Below, piece after piece: positions 26,958 to 45,850 of a DNA stretch of 64,000 nucleotides. Location: assembly GCF_009914755.1 (NCBI RefSeq), contig NC_060926.1; one strand, given 5' to 3'. The notes beneath the pieces are model-generated. The model made no database searches. It was not told where the DNA came from and saw only the letters and a program-made list of their open reading frames with translations. The translations under genes and the position numbers were made by a program. How positions within the stretch are numbered: the stretch's first letter is position 1; each line of letters begins with the position of its first letter. This DNA is from the human T2T-CHM13v2.0 reference genome, Homo sapiens.

Positions 26958-27140
26958 TCCCACCACTTTTTTTATGGTCTCCTTAAGGCAAGGACTGAAA
27001 GCCCAACAGGGAAGAAAAAAATTTCATCATCCATCAGCAAAATCAGTATCTGCAGCTCAAGTGACATTCCTGTTGAGTCCATAAAGAACCTATGGGGGTG
27101 ACCAGAGATGCCACCAAGGAAGGCTAGGCTGCTGCACTAG

Positions 27141-27474
<334 letters not shown>

Positions 27475-28044
27475 CATCTTGCACCATTTTGCCATGAATC
27501 ATGGTTAGGAAGGGGCAGGAGAGTGGCGGGATGACAGGCAAAAGGGAAGAGCTGGTGTGATGTGGCCAGAAGTGGGTCTAGATAGAACTCTTAACTACCC
27601 AGACTCCAAGCCTGCAAGGCAAGGACAGAAGAGGAAGGAATGCTGAGATGTTTTGGGGATGCGGGGGGAAGGATGAGTTGGATTTAGATCTCCTGCTTGA
27701 GGGACCAGCTGCAACCTGCCAAATTCGGTCTCTTACTACCTTGCCCTGGACTAAGACAGCTCAGCCAGAACTGCCTAGATCTCTACTGGCCAAATGCCTT
27801 ATGAAGGGAGGCTGGAGTAGGGAGAGGAATTTGTCACTTAAGCATGCAGGCCAGCTAGGCTCTTACAGGCTGGCCAGTCCATCAAGGAAACAAGAAAGCA
27901 AGCAGCCAAGCAACAAGTGTGTTTTAAGAATCTGCTGAGAGGCTGGGCTCAGTGGCTCACACCTGTAATCCCCTAATTTTGGGAGGCTAAGGTGGAAGGA
28001 TCACTTGAGACAAGACCGTGTTGCTACAAAAAATAAAGAATCTG

Positions 28045-30170
<2,126 letters not shown>

Positions 30171-32459
30171 CAGGAGGTCTAGGTGGGAAGGTAAGACAAA
30201 CACCCAGGCAACAGCAGGGACATCAGGTGCTCAGTGGAGTGGTTCACATGCCAAGAGCTGTGGGAGCTGGGGGTTGGTGGGAGGAAGACGTCAATGTGGG
30301 GAATAAATGATCTCCGAGGCTCTTCCTCCCACCGGCTACACTGCTAGGGCAAGAAGAAATATGCCCTAGAATCTTCCTGGAGTGCTTCAAATGGGTGGGG
30401 TTAGCTGGTACACATTCATGTCTGTGGTAGGCCTACACAAGTGGGATTAACATGTGGTCATTTGGAATCATGTTGGAAATGTGATGGATCAGCATTTAGA
30501 ATTGGTTAATCTGGTGCCTTCCATCCTTGTGAAGGGATAACTCACTGGGACTGCAGAGGAGGGAAGCAAACCAGAGCCTTCAGGGCTGCTGCAGTATAGC
30601 CTTCATCTTGCTACTGCCCCAGCCACATCAGGGCTCCCCATCCAAGGCAGATGCCTAGCTATCAGAAACCCTGTTATGTGCTGATACTCCCTGGTGCTTC
30701 TTCTCTGCCTCCACGATGAGCGCCTCCACCCCCATCCCCCGCCCCCCAACAGGGCTGGAGGTGAAGACCCAGGCCTCACACAGTGTGTTGCCTCCACTAC
30801 AAATCTCAGCCTCTGATTCCCCCCACTAGGGGAAGTGATTATTAATTTCTAGGCAGGTAGACAGGTAAGTCACAGACTTTGAGGTTGCTTTCAACTACTG
30901 AATGAAAGAAAGATGTCAAAGTGGATGTCTTCCAGGTGCCAACCTTGAAAACTATTTCAGACCACGGATTAAAAAGCCCATGGTCTGATTTTAAAGTATT
31001 ATGGGGGAGATGACTTCTAGACTAAGGCCATTGGTCAAGTCTGCCTTCTAGTCCTTCTCAAGAGAGGGCAATCAGCATAGTAAATGCTGTGCAAATGGCA
31101 ATGGGTTGAATTCTCCCTGCCCCTAGCTCTGGAGAATCCTCCTTCAGGCATCTGAAAAATCCCTCAGCTTTAGGGGACTGGCCAAGGTGTTGGGTGGCCC
31201 TGCCATCCAACCAACTCACCACCCATCCACCCACTCACCCATTCACCCATCAATCTGATATTTTATCTACCCACAAGTATTTATTGATCACCTGTGTGTG
31301 GAGGACGCTGTGTGAAACATGAGGAAAACCACCCAGAAAACCACTCTAAGAGAGAGAAGAGTTGCCAGAGGCAAGCTGACCCACACGAAGTGTGACGAAA
31401 CAGTCGAAGACGGTGTGTGACACAGACAAATTATATCATGAGTAGGGGTAATCAAAAGACAGAAAGGAAAAACAAATGTGGAAGGAGGAGGTGGCTTCAC
31501 AGACAGGCTAAGCAGGGTGGGTGAGAGGACACACACAACCGAGAGGCAGTGAGGAGCCCAAGCTTGGGCCGCAGGGAGACAAGCTGCCCACTAAAGGGAG
31601 GACTGGAGGCGAGGCCAGGCAGGCTGGGGTGGCCTGGGCAGCAAAGGCAGCGTCTGACGGAGTGAGTGTTACTGCACTTTCTTTTTTTCTGAGCAAAAAT
31701 ACATTCAGGTTTCATGAGGCCGTTTCCAGATAACCTCATTATTTCTAGTCTTCTCCATGGTCGTCTTCACTTCCCCTTAGCAGGGGAAGAGCCTGAACTT
31801 TAAATTAGTCATGAAAAACAAGCTCGGTTCAGCTGACTCTGCCAGTCAACATTTCCTGGGGCTGCCAGAAGCCTCTCAGTCCCCTACCTCCCCTTACCCT
31901 CTACTCCGAGACTAGCCAGGGCTCTCCACCCACCAGGGCCATCAGAGCCCAGGCTCAGAGCTGGGATTCCAGGTGGGGCACTCTGTGAGTACATTCATGG
32001 CCATGCTATCAAATGCCATCATTTCAACCTTTACCACCAATTAAAAGCTCCCAGCTGACCCCTACTGGAGACAAATGGCCCAGAGGAAGGTCAGTGTCCT
32101 AAGGAATGGAAGGGGATCATCTCCCCAGCTGCAAAGAACCCAGTAGGAAGTCTGGGTCGGGGAACATAGGTGTTTGTGGTTAACAGTCTCTGTCCTTTAT
32201 CTGAAAATTTAAAAAATTTCATCAAAGAAGAACCAAATGTGCTGGCCAGAGCTCTCAAGGGCAGCCCTAGTCCCAGCATGCACTGGGCCAAGTGCCAGGG
32301 CCGGGTGCAGCACCAGGACTATGGCCCACCCTCTCTCTGCCCTCGTCCCTGTCTGTGCCCTTGTCCACAGCCATCCCTTCCCCCAAATCCCTACCTGGCC
32401 ATGATATTAAGTCTGGGGGGAATTCAGACTTCACCGGGCCCAGGTGGACCCCTCTTCCT

Positions 32460-32757
32460 TTTTTTTATGTTTATTTTTTTGAGACAGGGTCTCACTCTGT
32501 CGCCCAGGCTAGGGCAAAGTGGCACAATCACAGCTCACTGCAGCGACCTCCCAGGCTCAAGTGGTCCTCCCACCTCAGCCTCCCTGGTGGCTGAGACTAC
32601 AGGCACAAACTACCATGTCCCCCCTAATTTTTGTATTTTTTGTAGAGACGGGTTTTGCCACGTGGCCCAGGTTGGTCTTAAACTCCTGGGCTCAAGTGAT
32701 CCACACACCTAGGCCTCCCAAGGTGCTAGGATTACTGGTGTGAGCCACTTTGCCTGG
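32460..32757 (-). mobile_element. AluJ
   Basis: Diverged full Alu. Confidence 0.85.
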
Positions 32758-32866
32758 CATCCTTTTTGTTTTAAGTCTTAGAGCCTACTATTTAAAAGAA
32801 AGTATATGCGGAGGCAGAATCCAAACACACACAACTTGGGTTCTAAGCTGAGTTGTGTCAGCTAAA

Positions 32867-32949
32867 CTGTACTAAACAGTCCCTTTGCACCCCTGTCTGG
32901 ACTTACCAGCAGTGTCTGGACAGGGGTGCAAAGGGACTATTTAGTACAG
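32867..32949. repeat. Inverted repeat, 36-bp arms, 11-nt loop
   Basis: Arms 32867-32902 and 32914-32949; 33 of 36 positions Watson-Crick complementary. Confidence 0.93.
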
Positions 32950-33180
32950 CTCACATGGATTTAAAAAAAAATCAGGGCAATTCTCATAAAGATCCAAATT
33001 TCTAGCATCTTTTGAAAATTAGGAAAATCAGACTGTGGTGTCTCTAGGCCTGCATTAGAAGACGGCAGCAGCTGCTGGAGCAGAGCGGTGGCCACGCCTA
33101 CAGAAGGCGGATGCTTCCAGCCTGGGACCGCCCTACTGCCTCCCATCGCGCGCCTTTCACGTGCGTGCTCACTTGAGTGG
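32907..33180 (+). mobile_element. MER103-like hAT element
   Basis: ggtgcaaagggactatttag...gatccaaatttctagc resembles MER103C; by eye. Confidence 0.5.
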
Positions 33181-33857
33181 TCTCTGTGGACATGTGAGTT
33201 GGTGACCCCTGTGAAATGGTACTGAAGAAGGCAGCTGGCCCCAGGCCCTCCCCTTACTTTTACAGGAGAGAACACTGAGTCCCTCAACCAAACCTCATCT
33301 CAGTGGTCTCCCCACACTGCTATCTGGGCCTTCCCCCTCCCTCCAACTCTCTTGGCTTTGATTCACTCACCATTCCCTGCTCTGGGGTCCCTTCTTCCTC
33401 CTTTTCACTTAGCCTGCCGGCCTGTCCCTCAGGACGCAACGCAGATCCTGTGGTGTTTCTCAGCCCACTGGGGACTTTTTCTCCACTGTATCTGCACAGT
33501 GCTCAAGGTGTTCACAGATGCTGAGGGGGGCACTTCATGGCTGAACCCTGTGTCTTTCCTTTCCCAGGACTGTCTATAAAACCAACACTGGGTACTGCCC
33601 AGATACCACCCGCTTAGCACTTGACTGTGGTCTTATACTATGCAATTTACTTGTGACTTGCATTTTCCCATTGGGGAAAAATCCAAGATTGCAAGAATAA
33701 GGTCTAGGTAGATAGAATTATTGTTGCCATTTTATACTCAAGGTGACTGACATTTAGATAAACAACTTGTTCAAGATCATACAGGATACAGGTTGCAAGT
33801 GGTAGGGCCAGATACAAATCCAGGCTTATCTGACTCCAGCACTCCAGCACCTATATT

Positions 33858-34298
<441 letters not shown>

Positions 34299-34614
34299 TG
34301 ATTTCAATAGACTGCCTTACCCAGGTGTCCTTGCCACCGGGCTTCTAGCTGACTTCTCCTAATGTGAAGGGAGCACTGGTATACTGGAGGGTAGAAGTGA
34401 GAGGAGTTGGCGGTATTTCTTTCTTGCACCCTCCCCAGAAAGTTGCGAAGATTCTAGCAGTGGCTGCATCCCTCATGGCTAGGGCACCTGCTGGGCAGCT
34501 CCTCCTCCCTGACTTCCACTATTCCTGGGGTCTCCCTTTCAGCCAGAGGGGTGGGAAGGGCTTCCTACTGTTCTTGTCTGTAGGTGCCTCAACATCATGA
34601 CTGCTTCCCTTCAC

Positions 34615-34822
34615 CCATGGTTCTCAGCCAGAGGGCACACTGCTCCTAGGGTACATCTGCCCGTGTCTGGAGACATTTTTGGTTGTCAGAGTCAGAGTTG
34701 GTGGTGCTACTGGCATTTAGTAGGTAGGGGCTAGAGATGCTACTCAACATTCTACAGTGTTCACGATAGCCCTACCACCCCAATTAATGTCCACAGTGCC
34801 AACGATGAGAAGCCCTGCTGTA
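34615..34822. mobile_element. MER20
   Basis: tgtctggagacatttttggttgtca...gtgctactggcat. Confidence 0.8.
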
Positions 34823-36421
34823 GGCCTGCCTCCAATCTCACACAACCGCAAACAGTCCCTTCGTGAACGTCTCTGTGAGTGCTCAGTCTAGTACGCCGGT
34901 CTCTATTTGGGGCAGATGTGGAGGGGCTCATCTCCTCACCTCCTTTGTTCTGAAAGGCATCCCCTAGTTCACCCTTCCTCACCAGCTCCTGGGCAGAGAG
35001 GTGGCCACAAATGAGAAGCAGCCCCTTCCCAGGCACAACCTGCCGCAGAGCCCTTTCTGTCTTGAGGGGAAAATGTGATTCCAGGTCTGAAGGGAAGGGA
35101 TACAACACCATCATTTGAAATTTTAAAACTACTTGAGAGAAAACCCTTTAAAATTCTAAGAATTTGCCTTTTCTTCATGCTTTAGCTATTTTCAAATGGA
35201 ACAAATGGCCTGGGTTCCCCAGAATACCTGCAGGTCCAGTTCCCAAAGAATACAAACTCCACAGAAGTGTTACATGCCTAAAACCTATGACTGCCTGATG
35301 TAAACATGTTTCCTGGTGACCTATTATGAAACCAGAAATACCCTAGCAAATCCTTTGTTTTCATTTAAAAGAAAAGATAATTTCAAAATCTTTATTATTA
35401 TTTTTAATCAACAATACATTCCAAAAAATCTTTATTTTTAAAGTTAAAATAACTATGATTTTAAAAATGTGGGCCCACCTCAAAACACTGGGTAAATAAA
35501 ATTTTTCCCCTGATTTTAAAAATGGACACAGCCAATATGAATGAAAATAAGCAATTCATAAGAGTTAAAAAGTGTGCACTTCTTATTCAATAGGGACATA
35601 CTTCACCAAAAAGGGACTGATAAATTATAGCCAGTTAACAGTACACTCAGCTCAAACCCTAGAAAAATACTTGCATTTGTTCACTTCAAACCACAGTAGC
35701 AAATAAGGAATGGATTCAAACAAATATTGCTCTCAGAAAATACCATCTGTGAAAAAGACGTGGTTCTCCAGGGGGCTTACAACCTGGAGCTGTCACAGCC
35801 TCCAGCCCTTCCGGGTGCTTCCATTATACCCAGTTTTGTGTGCACCTCACTCCTGTTTCCTGTGGCAATCTCTGGAGCTCAGCAGGAAAGGGTACGGCAC
35901 CCATGGGCTGTTCATGTGGGCTTCATGGCTGTTCTGGAGCAGGTAATAAAGGCCAGTCCTTGGGGCCCTGGTGTGTGAAGGGACAGCAGAGCAAGCAGTG
36001 GGCCCTGTCCAGCCATTTTGGCCTGCATTTGGCATTCTTGCATTTGGTGACGATTCCTTTGGGGCCTGAACTGTGTCAGGCCTTTCCTGTGAAAAGTGCA
36101 AAGCCAGTCCCTCCACAGCAGATGAGTCCCTCCCTATGCCTGCTCCTTGATGATTTCACTCTGCAGAGCCTCCCAGAGGGTTCGATCGCCTCCAACTCTG
36201 ACCAGGTGGTAAGTGCCTTGCACTTCATTCCTATCTGCATGGCCACTCACCCCAGAGCACTCCTCCTGGACATGGCAGCACCCAGCCCTCTTCTTTCCTC
36301 CCTACCCCTGTGTCATGAGCCAGTGACGGAGGCTTCCACAGACTGGCAAGTGCTGGGCAACCTGAGGTCTGCCTTCCATCAGCCTCCTCTCCTCTGCCTG
36401 GGCAGAGTTCACCAGCTCTGA

Positions 36422-36865
<444 letters not shown>

Positions 36866-37270
36866 TAAGTCTTCTTGGCCTGAGCTCCTAAGACTTACTG
36901 GTTCCTTCTGAGTTCTTTGTGAAGCTTCACTGGCCCTCATTGTCACCTGCCTGGTTTCCCACTCCCACCCTCAACCCTCTGAGCTTACTCAGGGCTTCAG
37001 GTGGGAGAGAGGAAAAGCAAATGACTGATTCATTTCAACAGAGCTGTCATGAGCAAAAGGCACTGTGCTAGTCTTGAAGAATGTGCCCAGTCAAGGTACT
37101 GTAAACACAGCACAGAGCTCAAGAAAGGGGACTGCTTGGCTCCCAAAACACACTGGTGGGATATGGGTGGGTGGTGCAGATGGTCCTGAGGTGTAACTGA
37201 AGACTAGAATTTGAAAATCAGAAAAACTCAAGAAGATAATGTTTCTCTCTTGAGGACTTTAACATTACTG

Positions 37271-37938
<668 letters not shown>

Positions 37939-38787
37939 CACCCCCTAGGCTTTTACAGCTCTAAATAGAACAAATACAGTTTATGGTAATGCAATGACCA
38001 AATCAAGGTATAAATGACTTTTAAACTCACAACATGATTTTAAGATTTATAAACAGTGTTCAAAATGAAAATGCCTGTGATTTCAAAATTTCTGGGAATT
38101 TTATATCTTGAAATGGAGTTTACTCCCCAGAGCTCTCAAGGCCTTTCCTATCTGTCCCCTGTGGCCAACACTCCCCAGCAGCCTCCCTGGAGTGACTACA
38201 TTTCCCAAAGGCATGGGAAATCACCGCTGACATGGCCCTAGGCTGACGCTGAGTGTGGAGAAGCCTGGAAGGCAGGCAAGAGAAGGGAGAGGTCCACAGA
38301 AAACCTTTCAGGAACATGCCAAGGAAGGGAGAACAATTCAGAGTTTAGAGGGCAGCAAGACTCTGGGTTTTGGGCCAACTAAAAAGGAGGAATGCTCAAA
38401 CTGTTGCGGGATGGATTGAAATTACCTGCTAAGAGGAGCATTTGAGTCTTAAGGGTTTCGAGACTCCAGGGGTCCACTGCCCAGAAAACTTCCCTTCCTT
38501 TAAGCACCAGGTCTTCAGTGGAGAAGCTGGGAGGAGGGACTCCAGGAAGAGGCAGGCTGTTTTCTACTTTTCAGTGAATGTTAATAGTGAAGATAATCAG
38601 ACTACACTGAAAATGGCAGCACATGAAAAAAATTCAAAGTAACCGACCCCAGAAGTCATTTTGTTAGTAACACTAAAAACTGCAAATAACAAGACAATGA
38701 CTGGGGGAAATTGTGATTTGGTGGAAACAAACACAAAAAATAAAACTCACAAGTTCTAAAACTGGGCATGAAAAGTCCTACTGACTA

Positions 38788-39911
<1,124 letters not shown>

Positions 39912-40339
39912 TAAGGAATTAAACTGGATTGTAGGAGTTACGATGGAAAATAATTTCTTGATGAAATGAATTAATGTTCATATAATTCAGATTAGAAATT
40001 TGCATTTACATAGAGTCACAGTGTCCTCCAGGTCAAAATATTGAAATCAAAACACATGGAATCCGTTTTGAAAGTTTTGTACCTGAAGGAAGAAAAAGGA
40101 CACAAATCTCCTCCATATTTAGCCCTCACTCAGAAGGAGCGGCCCGGGCCGCTTCCACAGGCTTCCTGTCCCCACACTCTCAGCCTCGTGCCCAGTCTGA
40201 CTGGGCTCTCTCGGCAGTGTGTGCAGTGCTCTGGAGCTCTCTGGAACTCTGAGGCGCCCTCCTCTGCTGCTTCCTGCTTTACTTTTTCTTCTCCACAGCA
40301 TCTCATGCTCTGCCTTCACCTCTGTATGCACAGTAACCT

Positions 40340-40950
40340 GTCTGACAATTGTGCCCCTTTTTAAACACCTCTCAAACTTGTCACCTCTCCATCCCCACTG
40401 CCACTTCCTTGGTCCATCCTCACCATCCTTCCTCTCAGAACAATGGTAGCCTTCCTTTTTTTTTTGAGATGGGGTCTAACTATGTTGCCCAGGCTGGGTG
40501 GAGTGCAGTGGTGCAATCATGGCTCACTGCAGCCTCAACCTCCTGGGCTCAAGTGATCTTCCCACCTCAGTCTCCTGAGTAACTGGAACTACAGACACAC
40601 GCCACTACACCCAGCTAATTTTGCATTTTTTGTAGAGACAGGGTTTTTGCCATGTTGTCCAGGCTGGTCTTGAACTCCTGGGCTCAAGCATTGCTCCCAC
40701 CTTGGCCTCCCAAAATGTGGGGTTACAGGTGTGAATCGTTGTGGCCGGCCAATGATGGTAGCTTTCTAAGCAGGCTCCTTGCTTCCAGTCTTGTCTAGAC
40801 TCCAAGCTTTCCCCTTCCCTGTGGTCAGGGTGACCTGTCTAAGACAACTCTGACCTGATTATGTCTCAGTCTAAAAGCCTTCAGTGCTCCCACAAGGCCC
40901 AAATGTCCTACATCCTTAACATTAAAGACTCTTTCTACGTGGCTTCCCGG
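40340..40950. mobile_element. L2 remnant interrupted by AluJ (-) 40455-40750
   Basis: ctccatccccactgccac... resembles L2; the Alu is clear. Confidence 0.6.
40823..40835. promoter_or_regulatory. Perfect estrogen response element GGTCAgggTGACC
   Basis: Exact 13-bp consensus. Confidence 0.5.
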
Positions 40951-41374
40951 CCCCCTAGTTGCAGGAAAAAGTAAGTTCACAGCTCTCTTATATCCCTCCC
41001 TCATCACTAGTGGATTGGCTGTACCAGCCATGGGTATTTTAGGCTTACAATTTCCTTCATTCTGGGTGGCTGAGTCCCTTTCTCTTAAGTTCTTCCTGGG
41101 CCTTAGTCAAATCTTTTCAAGTGACCCTGAATCTTCTCAGTACCCCATCCCCTTCCCACCCCCATCCAAGCTGTCTTTCTTCTGATTACCAGCATCTCTG
41201 TGGTGACCATACTCTTTTTTCTTCGGTTTATTTCCAGATCTAACAGAATGATGACATTGTGCCAATTCTCAGTGTCTTGGGAGGTGGGGATAGGTTGGAA
41301 CATGCCTGCTATTCCTTGTCAGAGCAGACCTGGGGAGGATGTCCATCAAGAAAGGACCTCCAGTTCCTCAATAA

Positions 41375-42113
41375 GTCAAAGAATTACCATGTGACCCACA
41401 ATTCCACTCCTAGGTACATACCCAAGAGAACTGAAAGCAGTACCCAAATAAAAGCTTATACATGAATGTTCATGCAGCACTATTCACAGTAGCCAAGAGG
41501 TGGAAACAACACAAATGTCCATCCATTAATGGATGAATGGATAAATAAAATGTGGTAGATCCATACAATGGACCATTACTCAGCCATAAAAAGAACTAAA
41601 AGTGCTGATTCACGCTACAGCATGGATGAACCTTGTAAACATTATGTCTAATGAAAATAGCCAAGCACAAAAGGTCATATATAAATCCATTTATATGAAA
41701 AAACTTAATAGGAAAAGTCACGGAGACAGAAAGCAGACTGGCAGTTGCCAGAGGCCAGGGGATAGTGGGGACTACTTAATGGGTACAGGGTTTTTAGGGA
41801 AGTGATGAAACCGTTCTGGAACTAGATAGTGGTAATGACTGCACACGACTGTAAAAGTACTAAACGCTACTGGAACTGTATACTTTAAAATGATTAATTT
41901 TATGTTTATTTCATCTCAATAATATATAAACATGAAAAAAGAAAGGGGCTGGGCATGGTGGCTCACACCCGTAATCCCAAAACTTTGGGAGGCCAAGATC
42001 GAAGGATCCTTAAACCCAGGAGTTTGAGACCAGCCTGGGCAACATAGTGAGATCGTTTCTCTATAAAAATAAAATAAAATAAAATAAAATACAGTAAAAT
42101 AAAATAAAATAAA
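41375..42113 (+). mobile_element. L1M 3' end (41375-41940) followed by FLAM with (AAAAT)n tail
   Basis: caattccactcctagg, gcactattcacagtagcc, actagatagtggtaatg motifs. Confidence 0.85.
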
Positions 42114-45100
42114 AGGACCCTCATGGGGATGGAGCAGGATAGTGTGTCAAGAACAGAGGACAATGGGTAATTCAATTCTGTGTCCCTGAGGCGTTAAAGC
42201 AAAGGGAATGGGCAGGAAAGTGGGCCCATTTGCTTTAAAGGGATTGGGCCTCTTCAATGAGTATTTCTCCCCAGGATGCATTCTCCAAAGACTAACCCTA
42301 AGAAGGGAGGTGAGGGGTGGACAGACGAAGGTGAACAGAGGGGTTAAAACAAGAGTGAAAAGGGGTCAGGCCTCCTTCCCTGTTTGCTGGGGTCTGGGCT
42401 CACACAAGGACAAGAAGACTGGAAAGGTTGCAGCCTGAGAGGGGTGGTCTGCACAGCCACCAAGAAGGGAACCCTTGCTTTCTGGTAATAAAGCAAGACA
42501 TTTCACATCTGAAATCACCTGCATGGTAAGACTCAAATGTAAGTGGATCCTGTGAAACACAGTTTTATGCAGAGAGCAGAGATCAGATCAGATCACAAAG
42601 CTGCAAAGAGAAATCTCTTTACCTAAATTACACAGAACCACTCGTCTGGTTTCCATTTCACTGCCTGAGTCTGTTTTATAGTTGTGCTTTTTCATGAAGG
42701 CTTTTAAGGGAGGCTATACCCTGACATCATGTGGAAAAAATGTCCAAATACAATTACATTACAGAGCAGCACTCTTGGAAGAGAAGGCAGCCCTGAAGCC
42801 TGCTGGTGTCCTGTTTCCTCTCCTTTAAACCCATTTGTTGCTCTCTGCTCTCTAAAAGCAGAAGCCCCCAATCCCAGCTCACCTGGTCTGCTTCCTGTCT
42901 CTGTCAGCGTGCGAAACACCGGTCTGGGAAATACAGCAATCTAAGGTACTGTGGGACTGTGTACTCCCGAGTGGGAGATGTGGCAGGGCCACAGGGAGCT
43001 GTGTCCAGCTGGGGCATGCCTAGCACCAGCCCACAGGCCTGAGCCAGCTTGTCTCATGTCATGCACCTTACAATCATGGTGAGGAAACAGGGCCTCCCTC
43101 TGTTGGCTTTCTCAGAAATCTACTCCAAAACCTCCTACCTCCTCCCCTATCCTCATGCCTTTTTCAGATGTGTCCCCATGTTCAGGGAATAGTTTTTCTC
43201 AAAAGCTCTTATGAAAAAATAGTTCCCCTCAATTAAAATCTGTCATATTGTGAGCAAATTCTCCATATGTGTCATCTTTTCCGTGTTTCTTCCTCCTCCC
43301 GGCAGAAGCTACCATTCTCCTGATTTTCCATTCGGGGCTGTTCCTTCTGTCCCTGAGTCTCTGACTTGGACGGAATAGCAAACTCCTTCTGCCACTCCTA
43401 GATAATCCCCCTGCCATTCCCCACAATCTCTCTTTTGAAGTCCATACTAACCATCTCCCCATTCTTGCTGGCTACAGACCTGGCCTTCTTCAATGACTGC
43501 GCCATGGCCACCCCATCTGGGACTTCCACATCCATAAAGATGTCCCTCCCAGTATTTGCTTTCACCATTTTTCAACCTCTTCAATTCAAATACTCCCCAT
43601 CTCTGATTTTACTCTACTCCCAATTAACCATGATGACATCTGAGAACTTGTCATTATTTAGAACTGTTTCAACTCAAGATCTCAAATTCTAAGTTTTATC
43701 ATCACTTTGAAATGAACATCAGTATCATTGCGAACGTTTAGTGGGTACTTATGTGCAAGGCACTATCATATGTACTTCATATATATTAATTATAATGACC
43801 TTTTAAAGTAGGTTTTATGAGCCCCATTTTATAATGGGGTATAACAGAGAGACACAGTTTAGGATTTGGGATTTAAGCCACATAGTCTACACACTATGGC
43901 TCCCACATCATATGGCCTCTTTAATATTCCTAACACGACTGTTTAACCTTCTACCTTTTCCACTGAAATTACCCACGCCCCCTACTCCTGACCACATCCT
44001 TGACCTTGCCCTCTCTCCCAGGCTATTATTCTACATTATCCAGGATTCCCCAGGCCTGTGATGATCTTCCTAGTCCCCAGTGCTCTTGTCAATCTGATCT
44101 GCCACCAGGCTCAACAATGTTCCCTAGCCACCTCTCCCCAAACCCAATCTACTGTTCTACTTTGAGCCACCAATTCCAGCTGAGTAGCGGCAGTCTGCTG
44201 ATGAAGCTGTCTATAAACTCACGCTGTTTAATCTCAGCTGGAATCTCCATGTCCTCTGGTAATTCTTTTCTTCCTATTCTGGTGACTCCTAACTGATCCT
44301 CTATATAAACTGTTCCAATCTTTTCCCTGTCTCTACATCTTACTCCCTAACCACTCATTCTTGACTTCTTGACTTGACATTCTTGATAATCTTGACTTCT
44401 ACAAGGACATTCAGCATAAGCTCAAACTTCCGTCCCCCTCAAAGTCAAAGCTTCTCTAATGACTCTTTTGAAACATTGGCTTGAAGACAGATCAGGGTCT
44501 AGAAGATGTGGTTTTAGGGCAGGGGAGTGATGTAAATATTTGTATGAGAAGGAGCCACTGGAGGTAGAGAAGGAGAACCTGAAGACGCCTGGGAGGAAAG
44601 GGAATCGTGGCTGGATAGAGGTCATGGGGGAGGTATAAGGTGCTGTGTGAAGGATGTGTGCAGGGGAAAGAGCACCTTTTTTGCTGAGTTTGAATTGGGG
44701 AGGATAAGAAGACAGGTGATGTAGCAGAGTGGTCAACACTTGGGCCCTTTGCCTACCTCCTACTTACTTCTAAACTCCTTAAAGGTGGCTCTAACCTCCC
44801 ACTACTGAACCTTCTCTCTCAACTCTCACTCATGACATTTTCTCAATCCTCATCGTCCTTAACCTGACCTTTCAACAGTGTTTGCGTGGGTGACCAAACC
44901 TGCCCTCTTGATAGTTTTTCCTTATGTGGGTTTCATGACAATGGAACCTCTTGGTTTTCTTGATGGGTCTTCGTTATTCCCTTTGCTAGCTCCCCTTCCA
45001 AACTGCTACGATGGCCTAAAAATGCTGCCCACCTTTAATTTCTCTCTCCTCTCCTGAGCTACTCATCTCTCTTTTTGCATTCACTCATTCAATATATAAT

Positions 45101-45329
45101 TATATTAAGTACCTACCATGTGCCAAGTACATGGCAGCTATTAAACTGTAGCTGAATTAATGTTAATGTGTAGCTCTGATCACGCTGCTTATTTGCTCAA
45201 AAATCTTTACTGGTTCTCTGATGTAAATGATATCCAGGTTCTTTGGCCTAGCATTCCAGGTTTTAGCAGACATCTGTTGTTTTTGCTGCCCACCTTCCAT
45301 TCGCCCTCCTTTGGATAGCTGTCCCCAGT

Positions 45330-45850
45330 CTCCCTCTGGAGACCCAGCCCCTCCACACCTTTTAGTCCATGTGGTTTGGGTGGGGCTAACCCTACCCTCA
45401 ACTCCAGGCATGGGTACCCGCTCCAGACAGGTTCCAGGCCTATCCCTGAACTAATCTCAGAGGCCAGGAATATGATGCCCTCACTGGCATCTGGCCCCTG
45501 AGATTAGATCAGGGATAGGCCTGGACCCCAACTAGAGCCAATAAAATGCAATGGGATTGTACTGACACAGGACTTGGACTTGAATAAATGAAGATGTAAA
45601 GGCTAGAGCTGCTGTAGCCATCTTAAACTCCAAGAAAAGTGTGAGCTGATCGAAAACAGAACCAACCTAGGAGCAGAAGGGAGAAATGACAAGAAACCAG
45701 GTCCTTGGGACACTGTTTGAGTCCTTGAATTATGTCATGTCTTAAGCCAGTCTTAGCCTTGGAATTCTCAGTTACACGATCCAGTATGCCTCCCTTATGC
45801 TGAAGTGGGCTGCATTGGACATTCTGTCACTTGCATCTGAAAGAATCCTA
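45330..45850. mobile_element. MaLR (MLT1-like) LTR remnant
   Basis: gctgctgtagccatctt...ttctgtcacttgcatctgaaagaatcct. Confidence 0.55.
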
